Origin: an uncultured Neisseriaceae bacterium
GTDB lineage: Bacteria > Pseudomonadota > Gammaproteobacteria > Burkholderiales > UBA11063
Reading direction: 5' to 3'
DNA: 51,625 nucleotides
NCBI GenBank assembly: GCA_937952895.1
Contig: CALFYC010000090.1
Span: 1-51,625, forward strand
The notes below the pieces were generated by a model. The model did not search any database and was not told where the DNA came from. It was given only the letters and a program-made list of their open reading frames with translations. The translations under genes were made by a program, and so were the position numbers. Positions within the stretch are counted from its first letter, which is position 1; every line of letters begins with the position of its first letter. This document shows, one piece after another, positions 1 through 11,307 of the stretch.

Positions 1-53
1 ATGATAGATTAACTAAATTAATAAAAATTTAAGATATAACTGTTAACTAGTTT

Positions 54-1343
54 TTAATTATTTTTAGTAATCTTTTTTAGTAATATAGTATTGATTAAAG
101 AAATGAATGCAATAATTAAGCAAATTGCTATAATTAACGTATATGAGCCAGTTAACCGTAGAATCATACTGGTCCATAGCGGGGTTAGACCTGCACCTAA
201 TATAAACGCTATATTATAACAAGATGAAATACCAGAAAATCTTACTTGGGTTGGAAATAAATTAGCTAGTATTCCAAAGAATACCCCATTTATTCCAGAT
301 AAACATAATGAAATAACAATAACTAAGATATAAATCGCATATAGATTATGCAATATTAACGCTTCAAGGTCAATAATTTTTAAGACCATTAACCCAAAAA
401 TTATACATAAACCAATTAATGCAATTCGAATAAGAATAATTGGCTTAATTTTAAAACTAAAATAAGCAATAATTAATGAAAATATCCCCAAACTTAATGC
501 ACCAACCGCGCCAATATCGGATGCAAATTTTACACTTAAATGTGAATAATTTATAAATAAGTTCGGTAAGAATACATTAAATACTGAAGTTACCACGGAT
601 ACAATTATTGATAATAATATTCCACAAATTAATTGGGGTTTAAATTCCTTAATTAATTGTATTAAGGGCGCTTTACTTGTTTGTTTAGTTTGCTGTAGCC
701 TTTGGAATGGCTCACTTTCTGTTACTGAATAACGAATATAAAATCCAACGATAGTAAGTAATCCGCCAAATAAAAAAGGAATTCTCCAAGCATATTCACT
801 AATAATACCTGATTTAGATAGATATTCAATTAAATTAAAGGTTTGCGAACCAAGAGTTACACCTAAATTAGCACCAAAAGTAAGCCAAGCACAATAAAAG
901 AAATAATTTTTCTTTTCAAATTTTTCTGAAATATATGTAATTGATCCAGGAACTTCTCCACCTAAAGAAAATCCATGTAATATCCTTGCAATAACCATTA
1001 AAATTGTAGCCAGATAACCGATATGCGCAAAAGTTGGCATTAAACCAATAGCAAATGATGGAATTGACATTAATAAAATTGATGCGGTAAATACTGATTT
1101 TCTGCCATATCGATCCCCTAAGTCACCTAAAATTAATCCCCCAACTGGTCTTAATAAGTAACTAATAGTAATCGTTAAATAAGTAAAAATGATTGCCATT
1201 CCATGAATTTTGGCTGGAAAAAATAATTTGGCAATAATTGGCGATAAAAAAACAAAAATTAAAAAGTCAAAAACTTCAAATACACTACCAATAGTAGTTG
1301 CAATCAACATTTTTTTATCAGATAAACTTAATTTTGCATTCAT
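54..1343 (-). CDS. MFS transporter, metabolite:H+ symporter (ProP/ShiA-like) family
   Basis: 429 aa with about 12 hydrophobic segments; N-terminal GSVFEVFDF, MFS motif A GDLGDRYGRK, RILHGFSLGGE, WRIPF, LFPTQVR. Confidence 0.9.
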   Translation of the reverse strand: MNAKLSLSDKKMLIATTIGSVFEVFDFLIFVFLSPIIAKLFFPAKIHGMAIIFTYLTITISYLLRPVGGLILGDLGDRYGRKSVFTASILLMSIPSFAIGLMPTFAHIGYLATILMVIARILHGFSLGGEVPGSITYISEKFEKKNYFFYCAWLTFGANLGVTLGSQTFNLIEYLSKSGIISEYAWRIPFLFGGLLTIVGFYIRYSVTESEPFQRLQQTKQTSKAPLIQLIKEFKPQLICGILLSIIVSVVTSVFNVFLPNLFINYSHLSVKFASDIGAVGALSLGIFSLIIAYFSFKIKPIILIRIALIGLCIIFGLMVLKIIDLEALILHNLYAIYILVIVISLCLSGINGVFFGILANLFPTQVRFSGISSCYNIAFILGAGLTPLWTSMILRLTGSYTLIIAICLIIAFISLINTILLKKITKNN

Positions 1344-1606
1344 AATATATTTTATATGATTTTTATTTAAAGTAATGATTGTACTCTATTTACTTACTTA
1401 AAATTTGAGAATATCAATAAGTTTTCTGATAATTTTATGCTATTATTTAAGTAGTTGAATTTAGAATAACTAGGGTGTTTGAATCAAACATGGCTAGTCT
1501 AATTAATTTTAAGTATAAACCTCTATCAAACCAAATGATTTAGTTTGGTAAAGCACCATGAATTACTTTTATAATTATATGCCATTTTAAGCTAAAAATA
1601 GTAAAA

Positions 1607-2243
1607 TTAACCTAATGACTTTTTTAACTTGTCAATTTGTTCTAAAGTTAAATGAGTAGCTTTTACAATAATTGAATTATCTATCCCATTTTTAAAAGCT
1701 CTTTGGATATTTCTTGCCGTCCTTCTTCACGACCCTTTTGAAGCCCGATCATTTATAACTCTTCTGCATAAGTCATAACCGTCTCCACATAATCTGGAAT
1801 TTTTTCCTGTAAATGTAATATTAATTCTTTTATATAGGTTGAATGAGGATAAGGTGATTCAATCCCATTATAAACCACTAGAGAATCACTGATGGTAGTC
1901 CTGAATTTTTACCATATTTATCTATATATTTTTGGATTATTGCTAGTTGATAGCGTAAAATCCTCAATGGCATTAATTCAGAAGCACTATTTTGGTAATC
2001 AATTAACGTATAGATATAAATACTATTATCATCATCTTTTGATTTAAGGCAATATACAACATCATAATAATGCGATTTTAAATCATCTTCTATATAAGAC
2101 CCTGATTCTATAGTTAATGTATTTAAATCACATATATTCTTTATTCTAAATGGTAAATGAATATCTAAAAATTCTTTAGCAATCATAACGTCAATTAGAA
2201 ACTTAAGCGCTAATGGATCATGCTTTTTCACTAATTTCCTCAC
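1607..2243 (-). pseudogene. Rpn/YhgA-like (PD-(D/E)XK, transposase_31) nuclease, degraded
   Basis: ORF 2243-1878 matches the Rpn N-terminus (HDPL, DLNTLTIESGSYIEDDLK, YTLIDYQ, LMPLRILRYQ). A frameshift near 1880 continues LVVYNGIESPYPHS, then jumps to the C-terminus MTYAEEL*MIGLQKGREEGRQE (in-frame TAA at 1753-1755). After a second frameshift it reads NGIDNSIIVKATHLTLEQIDKLKKSLG*, with the stop at 1607-1609. Confidence 0.85.
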
Positions 2244-2683
2244 GAATAAAACCTTTGTAGTAAATCATTATATATTATTCAAAAACTAGAGAAGCAAGAA
2301 CGGGTTTTCTTTAATTACTACAATTTAAATTCGGCTACATGTATCACTGATTTTGCTATTTTTTGAACATTCACACAACATATTAGCAATTTGATACAGG
2401 AAATTTTTGCGAAAATTTGCAAAAAATAGTAAAAAATTTATAGGAGAATGAATTTGGTAGATAAAAATGTAGGCTGGTAACTATATTAAATGTGAATTAG
2501 GATGTAACGATATGGATCTAAAAGCAAAACCACTTTATTACGATAATGATATAATATTGGGACATCTAGCATTTCTTATGCTGCATAAATTTAGCTTACA
2601 ATTTAATTCTTTGCATTTCATAAGATTTTTTTATAACATATCGTAATGATAAATATTAGGTTTAGTAATAATAGCTTTGATTT

Positions 2684-5600
2684 ATGAAACTATCACAAAT
2701 TAAATTATCCGGCTTTAAATCATTTGCTAAGCCTACTACAATTCATATAAAAGGCAACCTAATTGGTATTGTTGGCCCAAATGGTTGTGGAAAATCAAAT
2801 ATTATTGATTCAATTCGTTGGGTATTAGGTGAATCATCCGCAAAGCAATTAAGGGGTGATTCAATGCAAGATGTCATCTTTAGTGGTTCAATTTCGCATA
2901 GATCACTCTCGCGAGCTACTGTTGAACTTATATTTGATAATAGTCAGCATGAACTATCTGGATTATGGAATAGTTATCAAGAAATATCAATTAAACGTTT
3001 AATTTCTCGCCAGGGAGATTCAAATTACTATATCAATAATAATCCCGCACGTAAAAAAGATATCACTGATTTATTTTTAGGAACCGGAGTTGGGACCAGA
3101 GGTTATGCTGTAATCGAACAAGGCATGATTTCAAAAATTATTGAAGCCAAACCTGAAGAATTAAAAATGTATTTAGAAGAAGCTGCCGGAGTTTCTAAAT
3201 ATCGTGAGCGGCGCAAAGATACAGTTAGCCGTCTTGACAACACAAAAAATAATCTTATTCGCTTAAATGATATTCAAAGCGAATTGATAAAACAATTAGA
3301 GTATTTAGAAAAAGAATCAGCAGTTGCAGAACAACATCAAAATTTAAATTTACAATTACAACAAAATAAAATTCTACTACTTCTAATTAAAATTGATAAA
3401 ACTTGCGATATTATCACTAAAATTCAACAAAAACATCATAATAACCAAAAAGAATTAGATAAAATTACTATTGAATTAGATAAATCAAAACAATTAATTA
3501 CTCAAGAAATAAATTTTAAAACCCAGGAAGAGGTAAATCTAAGCTTATTAAATGAAGAATTTAATAAATTACGTGCAAATTTAGCTCGACTTGAAGAACG
3601 TGAATTAAATAATAGCCAATTAATTAAACGTTTAATTGAAGATAATGAACAAATTGAAACAAATCTTAAGCTACTTGATGATGAAATTACCCATCTTAGT
3701 TCAAATTTAACTACAATTAGTCGACAAACTAATAATTTAATGGATAACATAGAAGACCAAAAAACTATCCAACAACAACATACTAAAAATTTCTCACATC
3801 TAGAACATGAGTATAATAAAGTAAAGCACGATTATATTCACCACCTTGAACAAATTAATACAACTAAACATGAATTATCACTATTAAATAATAGCTTAGG
3901 TCATAAAAGTCAGCAAAACAGTTCATTATTAACTCGAAAACATCGTTTAGAACTTGAAATATCCAATAATGTTTTAGCACTTGATCAAGAATACTTTGAA
4001 TTAAAGGAACAAATTGATCTTTTAACTTTAAAAGTGAAAGATTTAGAAAATAAATTAACTCGAGCAAAACAAGATTTTCATCAAGCTCAAGAAAATAAAA
4101 TGGCTGCACTAAACACAGTTAATTTACTGAAAGCCAATTTTGCAGAATTATCTTCTAAAATTTCAACGATTAAAGAGTTATTAGCTAAAACCCAAAATGA
4201 GCAAAATTTAAAAAATATCTTTGGCAAAGATAAACAAATTAAAGCACTTTGGCAAGGAATTGAAGTACAGCAAAATTATGAGATTGCGGTAGAGTCTGCA
4301 TTAGGCGAAATTTTAAATTCTATTAAAGTTAATTCTAATGATATTATAGATATTAAACCTAATGGTAAATTAAGCATCTGGTATACTAATAACGACAGCG
4401 CCATTACTAATAAAAAATCCTTAGCTAATTATGTAAAAGTTTTAGATCAAGATTTTATTAATATTTATAATATTTTAAATCAATACCAAATAGCTAATAA
4501 TGTAAGTGATGCTTTGGAATTAGTTAACAAAACTTCCGAATCTAAATTGGTTACTCTAGATGGACATTTAATAACTAATTCCTATATAATTTTTAATCCT
4601 AATTCTAATAATTTAAATGTTTTAGAATATCAAAACAAACTCACAAGTTTGGAACAAGAGGCTCTAAATTTAGATAAGCAACTTAAAAAAGCTGAATTAG
4701 ATTATGCCAAAACTTTAGAATTAAATATTAATGCTCAATCATTTGTCACAAAACTCGAAAGCGAATATAATCAAAGTTTTAAAGAACACCATCAACTCAA
4801 TCTTCGCTTTACTAAAGAAGAACAAATTCATATTCAAACCAAGCAGCACCAAGCCAAGATTAGCCAGGAGCTGATATTATTAAAACAAGAAATTGCCACT
4901 CTTGAGAATGATTTAATTAATCTTAATAAACAAATCTCAAATGCTCAGGCAAAATTACTTAATCTAGAAGCTGACTTTGATATTAAAATTAATGAAAAAG
5001 ATAAACTTGAAAGTAAATTTAATCTCGCTAAAAGTGAGTTAAATAATTTAGATAATAAACTTAATAAATCCGTTTTAGAATTAGAATTATTACGGCAAAA
5101 TATTATTAATACAACAAATCTATTAGCCGATAAACGTTTACAGTATCAAAATTTACAAACTAGTAAAACCAATAATAATAATGAATTAGAACAATTATCT
5201 AAAAACCAAACCACACATACTTTAAATCAAGCACGCCTAGATATTGAGCAAATGGTGTTAAAGATTAAGAAAGAGGAAGAAGTTGTTACTAATTTAGAAC
5301 AAAAAATTAATGAATTAAACCAACAATTTAAACTAAACCAAGATAATCAAACTAGAATATTATCAACTATTAATGAGAATAAGTTTAAATTGCAAGAACA
5401 AGAAATTTTACTTAAAAATCATAATGAAAGTTTATCTACATTTAATACAAATAACTATGACTTAAAAGCAATGCTTAACCAAAATGATTTAACTGGAACA
5501 CAGTTACAAGATTGTATTCTCGATTTAGAAGATAAGATTAATCAATTAGGCCTAGTAAATTTAAAAGCAATTGAAGATTTGAAAGTCGCTAATCAGAGAA

Positions 5601-6157
5601 ATCAAGATTTACTTAATCAGATTACTGATTTGAATCAAGCTATTGAAGCTCTTGAAGCAATTATTATTGAAATTGATGGTGAAACTAAAATTTTACTGGA
5701 AGCCACTTATAATAAAGTATCTGAATTCTTTAGCCATTATTTTAATATTTTATTTGGTGGTGGAATTGCTGAGTTAAAACTAATTAGTGATGATATTTTA
5801 AATTCAGGAATTACCATTATGGCCCAGCCACCAGGTAAGAAAAATAGTGGGATAAGTATGTTATCCGGGGGAGAGAAGGCTCTAACTGCTATGAGTTTTG
5901 TATTTGCGCTATTTTATTTAAATCCAGCCCCATTTTGTGTATTAGATGAAGTAGATGCACCACTTGATGATGCAAACACTGGAAATTTTTGTAACTTAGT
6001 TCAGGAATTATCCAATAAAACTCAGTTTATTTACATTTCACATAATCGTCTAACCATGGAAATGGCTGATCAACTAGTTGGAATTACTATGCAAGAAAAA
6101 GGTGTTTCAACTACAATTAGTGTTAATTTAAGTGATATTGAGAGCCTCTCTAACTAA
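2684..6157 (+). CDS. smc: Chromosome segregation protein SMC
   Basis: 1157 aa; GFKSF, Walker A GPNGCGKSN, long coiled coils around a central hinge, signature LSGGE, Walker B/D-loop LDEVDAPLD, ISH. Confidence 0.97.
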   Translation: MKLSQIKLSGFKSFAKPTTIHIKGNLIGIVGPNGCGKSNIIDSIRWVLGESSAKQLRGDSMQDVIFSGSISHRSLSRATVELIFDNSQHELSGLWNSYQEISIKRLISRQGDSNYYINNNPARKKDITDLFLGTGVGTRGYAVIEQGMISKIIEAKPEELKMYLEEAAGVSKYRERRKDTVSRLDNTKNNLIRLNDIQSELIKQLEYLEKESAVAEQHQNLNLQLQQNKILLLLIKIDKTCDIITKIQQKHHNNQKELDKITIELDKSKQLITQEINFKTQEEVNLSLLNEEFNKLRANLARLEERELNNSQLIKRLIEDNEQIETNLKLLDDEITHLSSNLTTISRQTNNLMDNIEDQKTIQQQHTKNFSHLEHEYNKVKHDYIHHLEQINTTKHELSLLNNSLGHKSQQNSSLLTRKHRLELEISNNVLALDQEYFELKEQIDLLTLKVKDLENKLTRAKQDFHQAQENKMAALNTVNLLKANFAELSSKISTIKELLAKTQNEQNLKNIFGKDKQIKALWQGIEVQQNYEIAVESALGEILNSIKVNSNDIIDIKPNGKLSIWYTNNDSAITNKKSLANYVKVLDQDFINIYNILNQYQIANNVSDALELVNKTSESKLVTLDGHLITNSYIIFNPNSNNLNVLEYQNKLTSLEQEALNLDKQLKKAELDYAKTLELNINAQSFVTKLESEYNQSFKEHHQLNLRFTKEEQIHIQTKQHQAKISQELILLKQEIATLENDLINLNKQISNAQAKLLNLEADFDIKINEKDKLESKFNLAKSELNNLDNKLNKSVLELELLRQNIINTTNLLADKRLQYQNLQTSKTNNNNELEQLSKNQTTHTLNQARLDIEQMVLKIKKEEEVVTNLEQKINELNQQFKLNQDNQTRILSTINENKFKLQEQEILLKNHNESLSTFNTNNYDLKAMLNQNDLTGTQLQDCILDLEDKINQLGLVNLKAIEDLKVANQRNQDLLNQITDLNQAIEALEAIIIEIDGETKILLEATYNKVSEFFSHYFNILFGGGIAELKLISDDILNSGITIMAQPPGKKNSGISMLSGGEKALTAMSFVFALFYLNPAPFCVLDEVDAPLDDANTGNFCNLVQELSNKTQFIYISHNRLTMEMADQLVGITMQEKGVSTTISVNLSDIESLSN

Positions 6158-6245
6158 TTATTGAGCTGATACATTCCCAAATCTAAAGCATAACGATGGT
6201 ATTGGTCATAGGTATACATTTTCATTATTAGATGAACCACATATT

Positions 6246-7862
6246 TTATTTACTTGAGAATGAAGCAATTGCAATATTAAATGGGCTCTTCCCGTCCTCT
6301 GTGTATGCCGTTCCAATTTCGACTAACTGTCCTGATTCGGCTATCCTATACATAGATATATTGTCACTAGCAGAATTAGCTACGTAAACATATCTTCCTG
6401 ATGGATCTATAGCTATTCCTAATGGAGCACTTCCTGTATTTATGGTGCCACCATTAATAGGTCTTAATGTTCCAGCAGTTTTATCTAACCTATACATTGC
6501 TATAGTATCATTGATAGAGTTGGTAACATAAACATATTTACCAGTTGGGTCTGCAGCTATATCAAATGTGTATCCAGTACTTGGTATTTCAAAATTTGAA
6601 GTCAGAAGCCCTTTATTATCGACTCCATACATTGATATATTATTACTAAAATAATTACCTGTATACAAATATTTTCCTGATGGATCTATAGCTATACCTA
6701 TTGGCCCAGACCCTGTATTTATGGTTCCAATCTCAGTTAATTTGCCCGAATCATATCGATTAATACTGTAAATAGATATATTATTGCTATTATAATTCGC
6801 CACATAAACATAATTGCCAGTGGGATCTACTTTTATTCCATATGGCTTTTCAGATGTACTAATTGCTCCAATCTCAATTAACTCTCCGGTTTTTTGATGA
6901 ATATTATACATAGATATATTACTATCATCATTATTAGTAACATAAACATACTTTCCGGATGGATCAATAGCAATTCCCAATGGAGCATTTCCTGTACTTA
7001 TTACATGACTACTAATTGAATCAAGTTCTCCAGTACTTTCATTTATACTATACATTGATACAATATTGTTGCCATTATTCACTGCATAAACATATTTTCC
7101 ATATGGCACTACAGCTATTCCATTTGGCACAGATTCTGCATCTTTAATTCCGGAACCAATTGCTTTTAATTCCCCAGTATTTTCATTTATAACATACATC
7201 GATATATTGTTACTATCACTATTGGTTACATATACATAATGTTTCATAATAGGGAGATTATCAGGTAAGTATGACCCACCAAATGAGCAAGGTGAACCAC
7301 TTTTGCAAGCATGTACTTTTGATCCCGATGTCCAGTCCCCAAGCTTGTCTTGGTTTAGGTGATCATAGCGTTTCGGGCCATTATTATAACATTGTCCCGT
7401 ATAAGTGCCTCCCCCATAGCGATAAGTTACTTGAATTGAATATGTATTATTTACTTCATCCTCACAACTTCCAACCTTTTGACAATTATTATAATTAGTT
7501 GTATCATTCACAGCCCAAGTTCCAGCATTTAGAGAAAATGTTGGAGTAGAACTTTCATATGTTACGCTTGAAAATACTTCTCCATTACAATATAAGGAAC
7601 TATAATAATTCCAAGTTATGCTTGTAAATTGCTCTGTTGCATCATTGACCGTAAATGATTGATATTTGGATAGTGTATCACTAGCTAAGCCTGTAACACT
7701 ATTAATACGGTATGATGAATTAAACAATTTATTTTCTATTTGTGGATTAGTTTGTAATTGATTTTGTGTAGAAGATGCATTATTACAGCCTATTATCAAT
7801 AATGATAAAGAAATATAAACAACTTCTGATTTTAATAATGGCAACAATATTTGTTTTTTCAT
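6246..7862 (-). CDS. Lipoprotein with Cys-rich N-terminal domain and 7-bladed lactonase/YVTN-like beta-propeller
   Basis: Lipobox-like LIIGC; seven repeats of the type P.GIA.DP.G.YVYV.N..S..ISMY.I in the C-terminal ~330 aa. Confidence 0.8.
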   Translation of the reverse strand: MKKQILLPLLKSEVVYISLSLLIIGCNNASSTQNQLQTNPQIENKLFNSSYRINSVTGLASDTLSKYQSFTVNDATEQFTSITWNYYSSLYCNGEVFSSVTYESSTPTFSLNAGTWAVNDTTNYNNCQKVGSCEDEVNNTYSIQVTYRYGGGTYTGQCYNNGPKRYDHLNQDKLGDWTSGSKVHACKSGSPCSFGGSYLPDNLPIMKHYVYVTNSDSNNISMYVINENTGELKAIGSGIKDAESVPNGIAVVPYGKYVYAVNNGNNIVSMYSINESTGELDSISSHVISTGNAPLGIAIDPSGKYVYVTNNDDSNISMYNIHQKTGELIEIGAISTSEKPYGIKVDPTGNYVYVANYNSNNISIYSINRYDSGKLTEIGTINTGSGPIGIAIDPSGKYLYTGNYFSNNISMYGVDNKGLLTSNFEIPSTGYTFDIAADPTGKYVYVTNSINDTIAMYRLDKTAGTLRPINGGTINTGSAPLGIAIDPSGRYVYVANSASDNISMYRIAESGQLVEIGTAYTEDGKSPFNIAIASFSSK

Positions 7863-8138
7863 TTGGATACCAGCTAATAATTAATCACGCTTTATAACAT
7901 AAACTAATTTTCTCTGAATTTCACACAAAATAACAGCTATATTTGAGCTCTTACAAATCAATCGCAAACCTCAAATTTGAATGCATTTAGCTTCAATTTT
8001 ATGGAATATAACTAAATTTTATTTATTTGTTTTAGTATAAGAGAATATTTTACTCGTGGATTTTATCATATTATTTGCCAATTTAGCCAAACCTAACATT
8101 AAAAATTTTGCTATTTTTATTTATAGGTTATCAGAAAT

Positions 8139-8167
8139 CTTACATTATTTAAATATTATGCTACAAT
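8139..8167 (+). promoter_or_regulatory. Putative sigma70 promoter (extended -10) for the outer-membrane protein gene
   Basis: CTTACA-17 nt-TACAAT with a TG at 8159-8160. AT-rich background lowers specificity. Confidence 0.35.
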
Positions 8168-8233
8168 CTTGGGTAGAAATTTGATCTACTTAGATTATTT
8201 ATTCTTTGATTGCTATTAAGGAGAGAATTGTCC

Positions 8234-8800
8234 ATGAAAAAATTACTAGCTTTATTATTAGTATCTAATAGTATGATAGTTATGGCTGATGATTACTATA
8301 ACTCTGATGTATATCAACCATATAATGGTGCTGGTGCATACATGAACTTTAACGCAGGTTTAGGCACAATGCAAAATGCTCCAACTGGTTCTTTTGCCGG
8401 GATTATTAATGCGGGTTATAATTTTAATCGTGCATTAGCTCTTGAAGGTGGAGTTAGCTTTTTACCAAGTGAACAATATGGACAATTTATGAAATATAGT
8501 TTATTTGATGTAGCAGTAAAAGGAACCTTCCCAGTGGCATCAAGATGGGCACTATATGGACGTTTAGGTTTAGCTACTTCAAATTCTTCTTGGAATGGTG
8601 ATAGTTCTAGCCCAGGAATTTATTCAAATGGTGGTAGTGCATGGGATTACGGTGGCTTAGCTGGCCTTGGGATTTCATTAGCTATAACTAGACATTTTGA
8701 TTTAAGACTTGAAGACTCGCAATATATTCCATTTGCAGGACAAGCTGGTAACTTTGGAAATGTAAATATTGCTGATTTTGGATTCCAATATAATTTCTAA
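8234..8800 (+). CDS. Outer-membrane beta-barrel protein (OmpA-like transmembrane domain)
   Basis: Start taken at ATG 8234 after AAGGAGAG. Signal peptide MKKLLALLLVSNSMIVMA, GYNFNRALALEGG, LYGRLG, C-terminal QYNF beta-signal. Confidence 0.85.
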   Translation: MKKLLALLLVSNSMIVMADDYYNSDVYQPYNGAGAYMNFNAGLGTMQNAPTGSFAGIINAGYNFNRALALEGGVSFLPSEQYGQFMKYSLFDVAVKGTFPVASRWALYGRLGLATSNSSWNGDSSSPGIYSNGGSAWDYGGLAGLGISLAITRHFDLRLEDSQYIPFAGQAGNFGNVNIADFGFQYNF

Positions 8801-8810
8801 TTAAAATATC

Positions 8811-8837
8811 TAAGGTGGGCAAAAGCTGCCTACCTTA
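8811..8837 (+). terminator. Probable intrinsic terminator hairpin after the OMP gene
   Basis: TAAGGTGGGCA/TGCCTACCTTA stem with one G-U pair, 10 nt after the stop codon. The U-tract is weak. Confidence 0.6.
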
Positions 8838-8965
8838 AATGTAATCTTAAATTTCTTATATTTATTAAATTAAAAAATATAGAAATATCGCAATGCAATA
8901 CCTTTATATGTTCTATATATACTATAATTACCAGATAAATAATTTAAAATAGGACTAATAAGCAT

Positions 8966-10162
8966 ATGAAACAAAAATTTTATTCAAATATTGATGAACA
9001 AATTCAGTCTATTACCAATGATAAATTATTAAAAAATGAACGTATTATTGATACACCTCAAGCACCTAGCTTAACTTTAAAAGATGGATCTCATTTAATT
9101 AACTTTTGTGCTAATAACTATTTAGGTTATGCTGATGATCAAGAGTTACTTGAAATAGCCAAAACTGCTTTAGATAAATATGGTTACGGTATGGCATCAG
9201 TGCGATTTATTTGTGGAACACATTCGATTCATAAAGATTTAGAAAGTGCTATTAGTGATTTTTTAGGTTTTGAAGATACTATTTTATATAGTTCTTGTTT
9301 TGATGCAAATGGGGGATTATTTGAAACATTATTAACTGATGCAGATGCCATAATTTCTGATGAACTTAATCATGCTTCAATCATCGATGGAATACGTTTA
9401 TGTAAAGCTAAGCGTTTCAGATATAAAAATAACAATATGCAAGATTTGGAACAACAATTAATTGATGCAGATAAATCTGGCGCAAGATTTAAAATGATTG
9501 CAACTGATGGCGTATTTTCTATGGATGGCATTATTGCTAACTTAAAAGGCATCTGTGATCTTGCTGATAAATATAACGCCATTGTGATGGTTGATGATTC
9601 ACATGCAACAGGTTTTACTGGTAAAAATGGTCGTGGAACTCCAGAATTTTGTGGGGTTGAAGGACGAATTGATATTATGACTGGAACTTTAGGTAAAGCA
9701 TTAGGTGGTGCATCTGGTGGCTATGTATCTGCTAAGTCAAATATTGTTAAATTACTTAGAAATAAATCTCGCCCATATTTATTTTCTAACTCACTAGCAC
9801 CAACCATTACTTATACAACATTAAAAGTTATAGAAAAAGTAAAAGCAGGTAATGATTTACGTGAAAAATTAGAAAGAAATAAACAATTATTTCGAGACGG
9901 ATTATCTAAAGCAGGATTTGATTTAGTTCCTGGAGAACACCCAATTATTCCAGTAATGTTATATGATGAAAAATTGGCTGTTACATTTGCTGATAAACTA
10001 TTAAATCACGGAATTTATGTAATCCCATTTTCTTATCCGGTAGTTCCCAAAGGAAGAGCCAGAATACGCACCCAAATGTCTGCTAAACACAATAAAGAAC
10101 AAATCGAAAAAGCTATTGAAGCATTTACAATTGTTGGACGTGAATTAAATATTATCAAATAA
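8966..10162 (+). CDS. kbl: Glycine C-acetyltransferase (2-amino-3-ketobutyrate CoA ligase)
   Basis: [38 protein letters not shown]-Lys motif [17 protein letters not shown]; adjacent to tdh. Confidence 0.97.
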   Translation: MKQKFYSNIDEQIQSITNDKLLKNERIIDTPQAPSLTLKDGSHLINFCANNYLGYADDQELLEIAKTALDKYGYGMASVRFICGTHSIHKDLESAISDFLGFEDTILYSSCFDANGGLFETLLTDADAIISDELNHASIIDGIRLCKAKRFRYKNNNMQDLEQQLIDADKSGARFKMIATDGVFSMDGIIANLKGICDLADKYNAIVMVDDSHATGFTGKNGRGTPEFCGVEGRIDIMTGTLGKALGGASGGYVSAKSNIVKLLRNKSRPYLFSNSLAPTITYTTLKVIEKVKAGNDLREKLERNKQLFRDGLSKAGFDLVPGEHPIIPVMLYDEKLAVTFADKLLNHGIYVIPFSYPVVPKGRARIRTQMSAKHNKEQIEKAIEAFTIVGRELNIIK

Positions 10163-10197
10163 AATTTACACTTACTAATAATATATTAGGATAAATT

Positions 10198-11268
10198 ATG
10201 ACCAAAATGAAAGCATTAGCTAAACTTAAGCCAGAGCCAGGAATTTGGATGACTGAAGTCGAAGTTCCTCAAATTAAAGATCATGAAGTATTAATTAAAA
10301 TTAAAAAAACTGCAATTTGTGGAACTGATTTACATATTTACAAATGGGACCAATGGGCAGAGCAAACAATTAAAGTTCCAATGCATGTGGGACATGAGTT
10401 TGTTGGTGAAATCGTTGAAATTGGTAAAACAGTTTCTGAAAATCTAAAAATTGGTGATCGTGTATCTGGTGAGGGTCATATTGTATGCGGTAAATGTAGA
10501 AATTGTCGTGGAGGAACTTTCCATTTATGTCCACATACTATTGGACTTGGAGTTAACCGTCCTGGTGCATTTGCTGAATATTTAGCTATGCCTTCATTTA
10601 ACGTATTCAAATTACCAGATTATATTGATGATAATATTGCAAGTATGCTAGATCCATTTGGTAACGCAGTTCATACTGCACTTGCATTTGACTTGATTAG
10701 TGAAGATGTTTTAATTACTGGAGCAGGCCCTATTGGTTGTATGGCAGCCGCAATATGTAAAAAAGTTGGTGCTAAAAATGTAGTTATTACTGATATTAAC
10801 CCATATCGCTTAGAGCTAGCTAAAAAAATGGGTGCTGATGTTGCAGTCAATGTGAGTGACTGCAAAACCGATAAAGAGATCGAAGTAAAACTACGTGGAA
10901 TTATGCACGAAATTGGTATGGAGGAAGGATTTGATGTCGGTTTAGAAATGTCTGGGGTTGAACCATCAATTCATGCAATGATTGACCTCATGATTAATGG
11001 TGGGAAAATTGCCATGCTTGGAATAAGTGGTAAAAATGTAGTAATTGATTGGGATAAAATCGTATTTAAAGGTCTTACCATGAAAGGTATTTACGGACGT
11101 GAAATGTTTGAAACTTGGTATAAGATGGTATCATTAGTAAAATCTGGACTAGATGTTAGCCAAGTTATAACCCATATACTTCCCGTTAATGAATTTGCTA
11201 AAGGTTTTGAATTAATGAAAGCAGGACATTCAGGTAAAGTGATTCTTGATTGGTCGCAATTATCATAA
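10198..11268 (+). CDS. tdh: L-threonine 3-dehydrogenase
   Basis: AICGTD, GHEFVG, Zn site CGKCRNC...[27 protein letters not shown]. Confidence 0.97.
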   Translation: MTKMKALAKLKPEPGIWMTEVEVPQIKDHEVLIKIKKTAICGTDLHIYKWDQWAEQTIKVPMHVGHEFVGEIVEIGKTVSENLKIGDRVSGEGHIVCGKCRNCRGGTFHLCPHTIGLGVNRPGAFAEYLAMPSFNVFKLPDYIDDNIASMLDPFGNAVHTALAFDLISEDVLITGAGPIGCMAAAICKKVGAKNVVITDINPYRLELAKKMGADVAVNVSDCKTDKEIEVKLRGIMHEIGMEEGFDVGLEMSGVEPSIHAMIDLMINGGKIAMLGISGKNVVIDWDKIVFKGLTMKGIYGREMFETWYKMVSLVKSGLDVSQVITHILPVNEFAKGFELMKAGHSGKVILDWSQLS

Positions 11269-11307
11269 AGAATATTAGAGCTAAAATTAGATTAAAATGG
11301 AGACATA

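Noticed and set aside
2542-2560. Fur-box-like GATAATGATA upstream of smc
   Set aside because: Only one half matches the consensus, which is expected by chance in AT-rich DNA.
4540-4620. SMC hinge lacking the glycine-rich GX6GX3GG motif
   Set aside because: To my knowledge, divergent hinges are usual in beta/gammaproteobacterial SMC. All ATPase motifs are intact, and no Wadjet or Mks partner genes are adjacent.
8966-10162. CqsA/LqsA-type autoinducer synthase paired with the nearby kinases
   Set aside because: The motifs and adjacency to tdh identify canonical Kbl. The kinases are on the opposite strand and lack the membrane sensor region of CqsS/LqsS.
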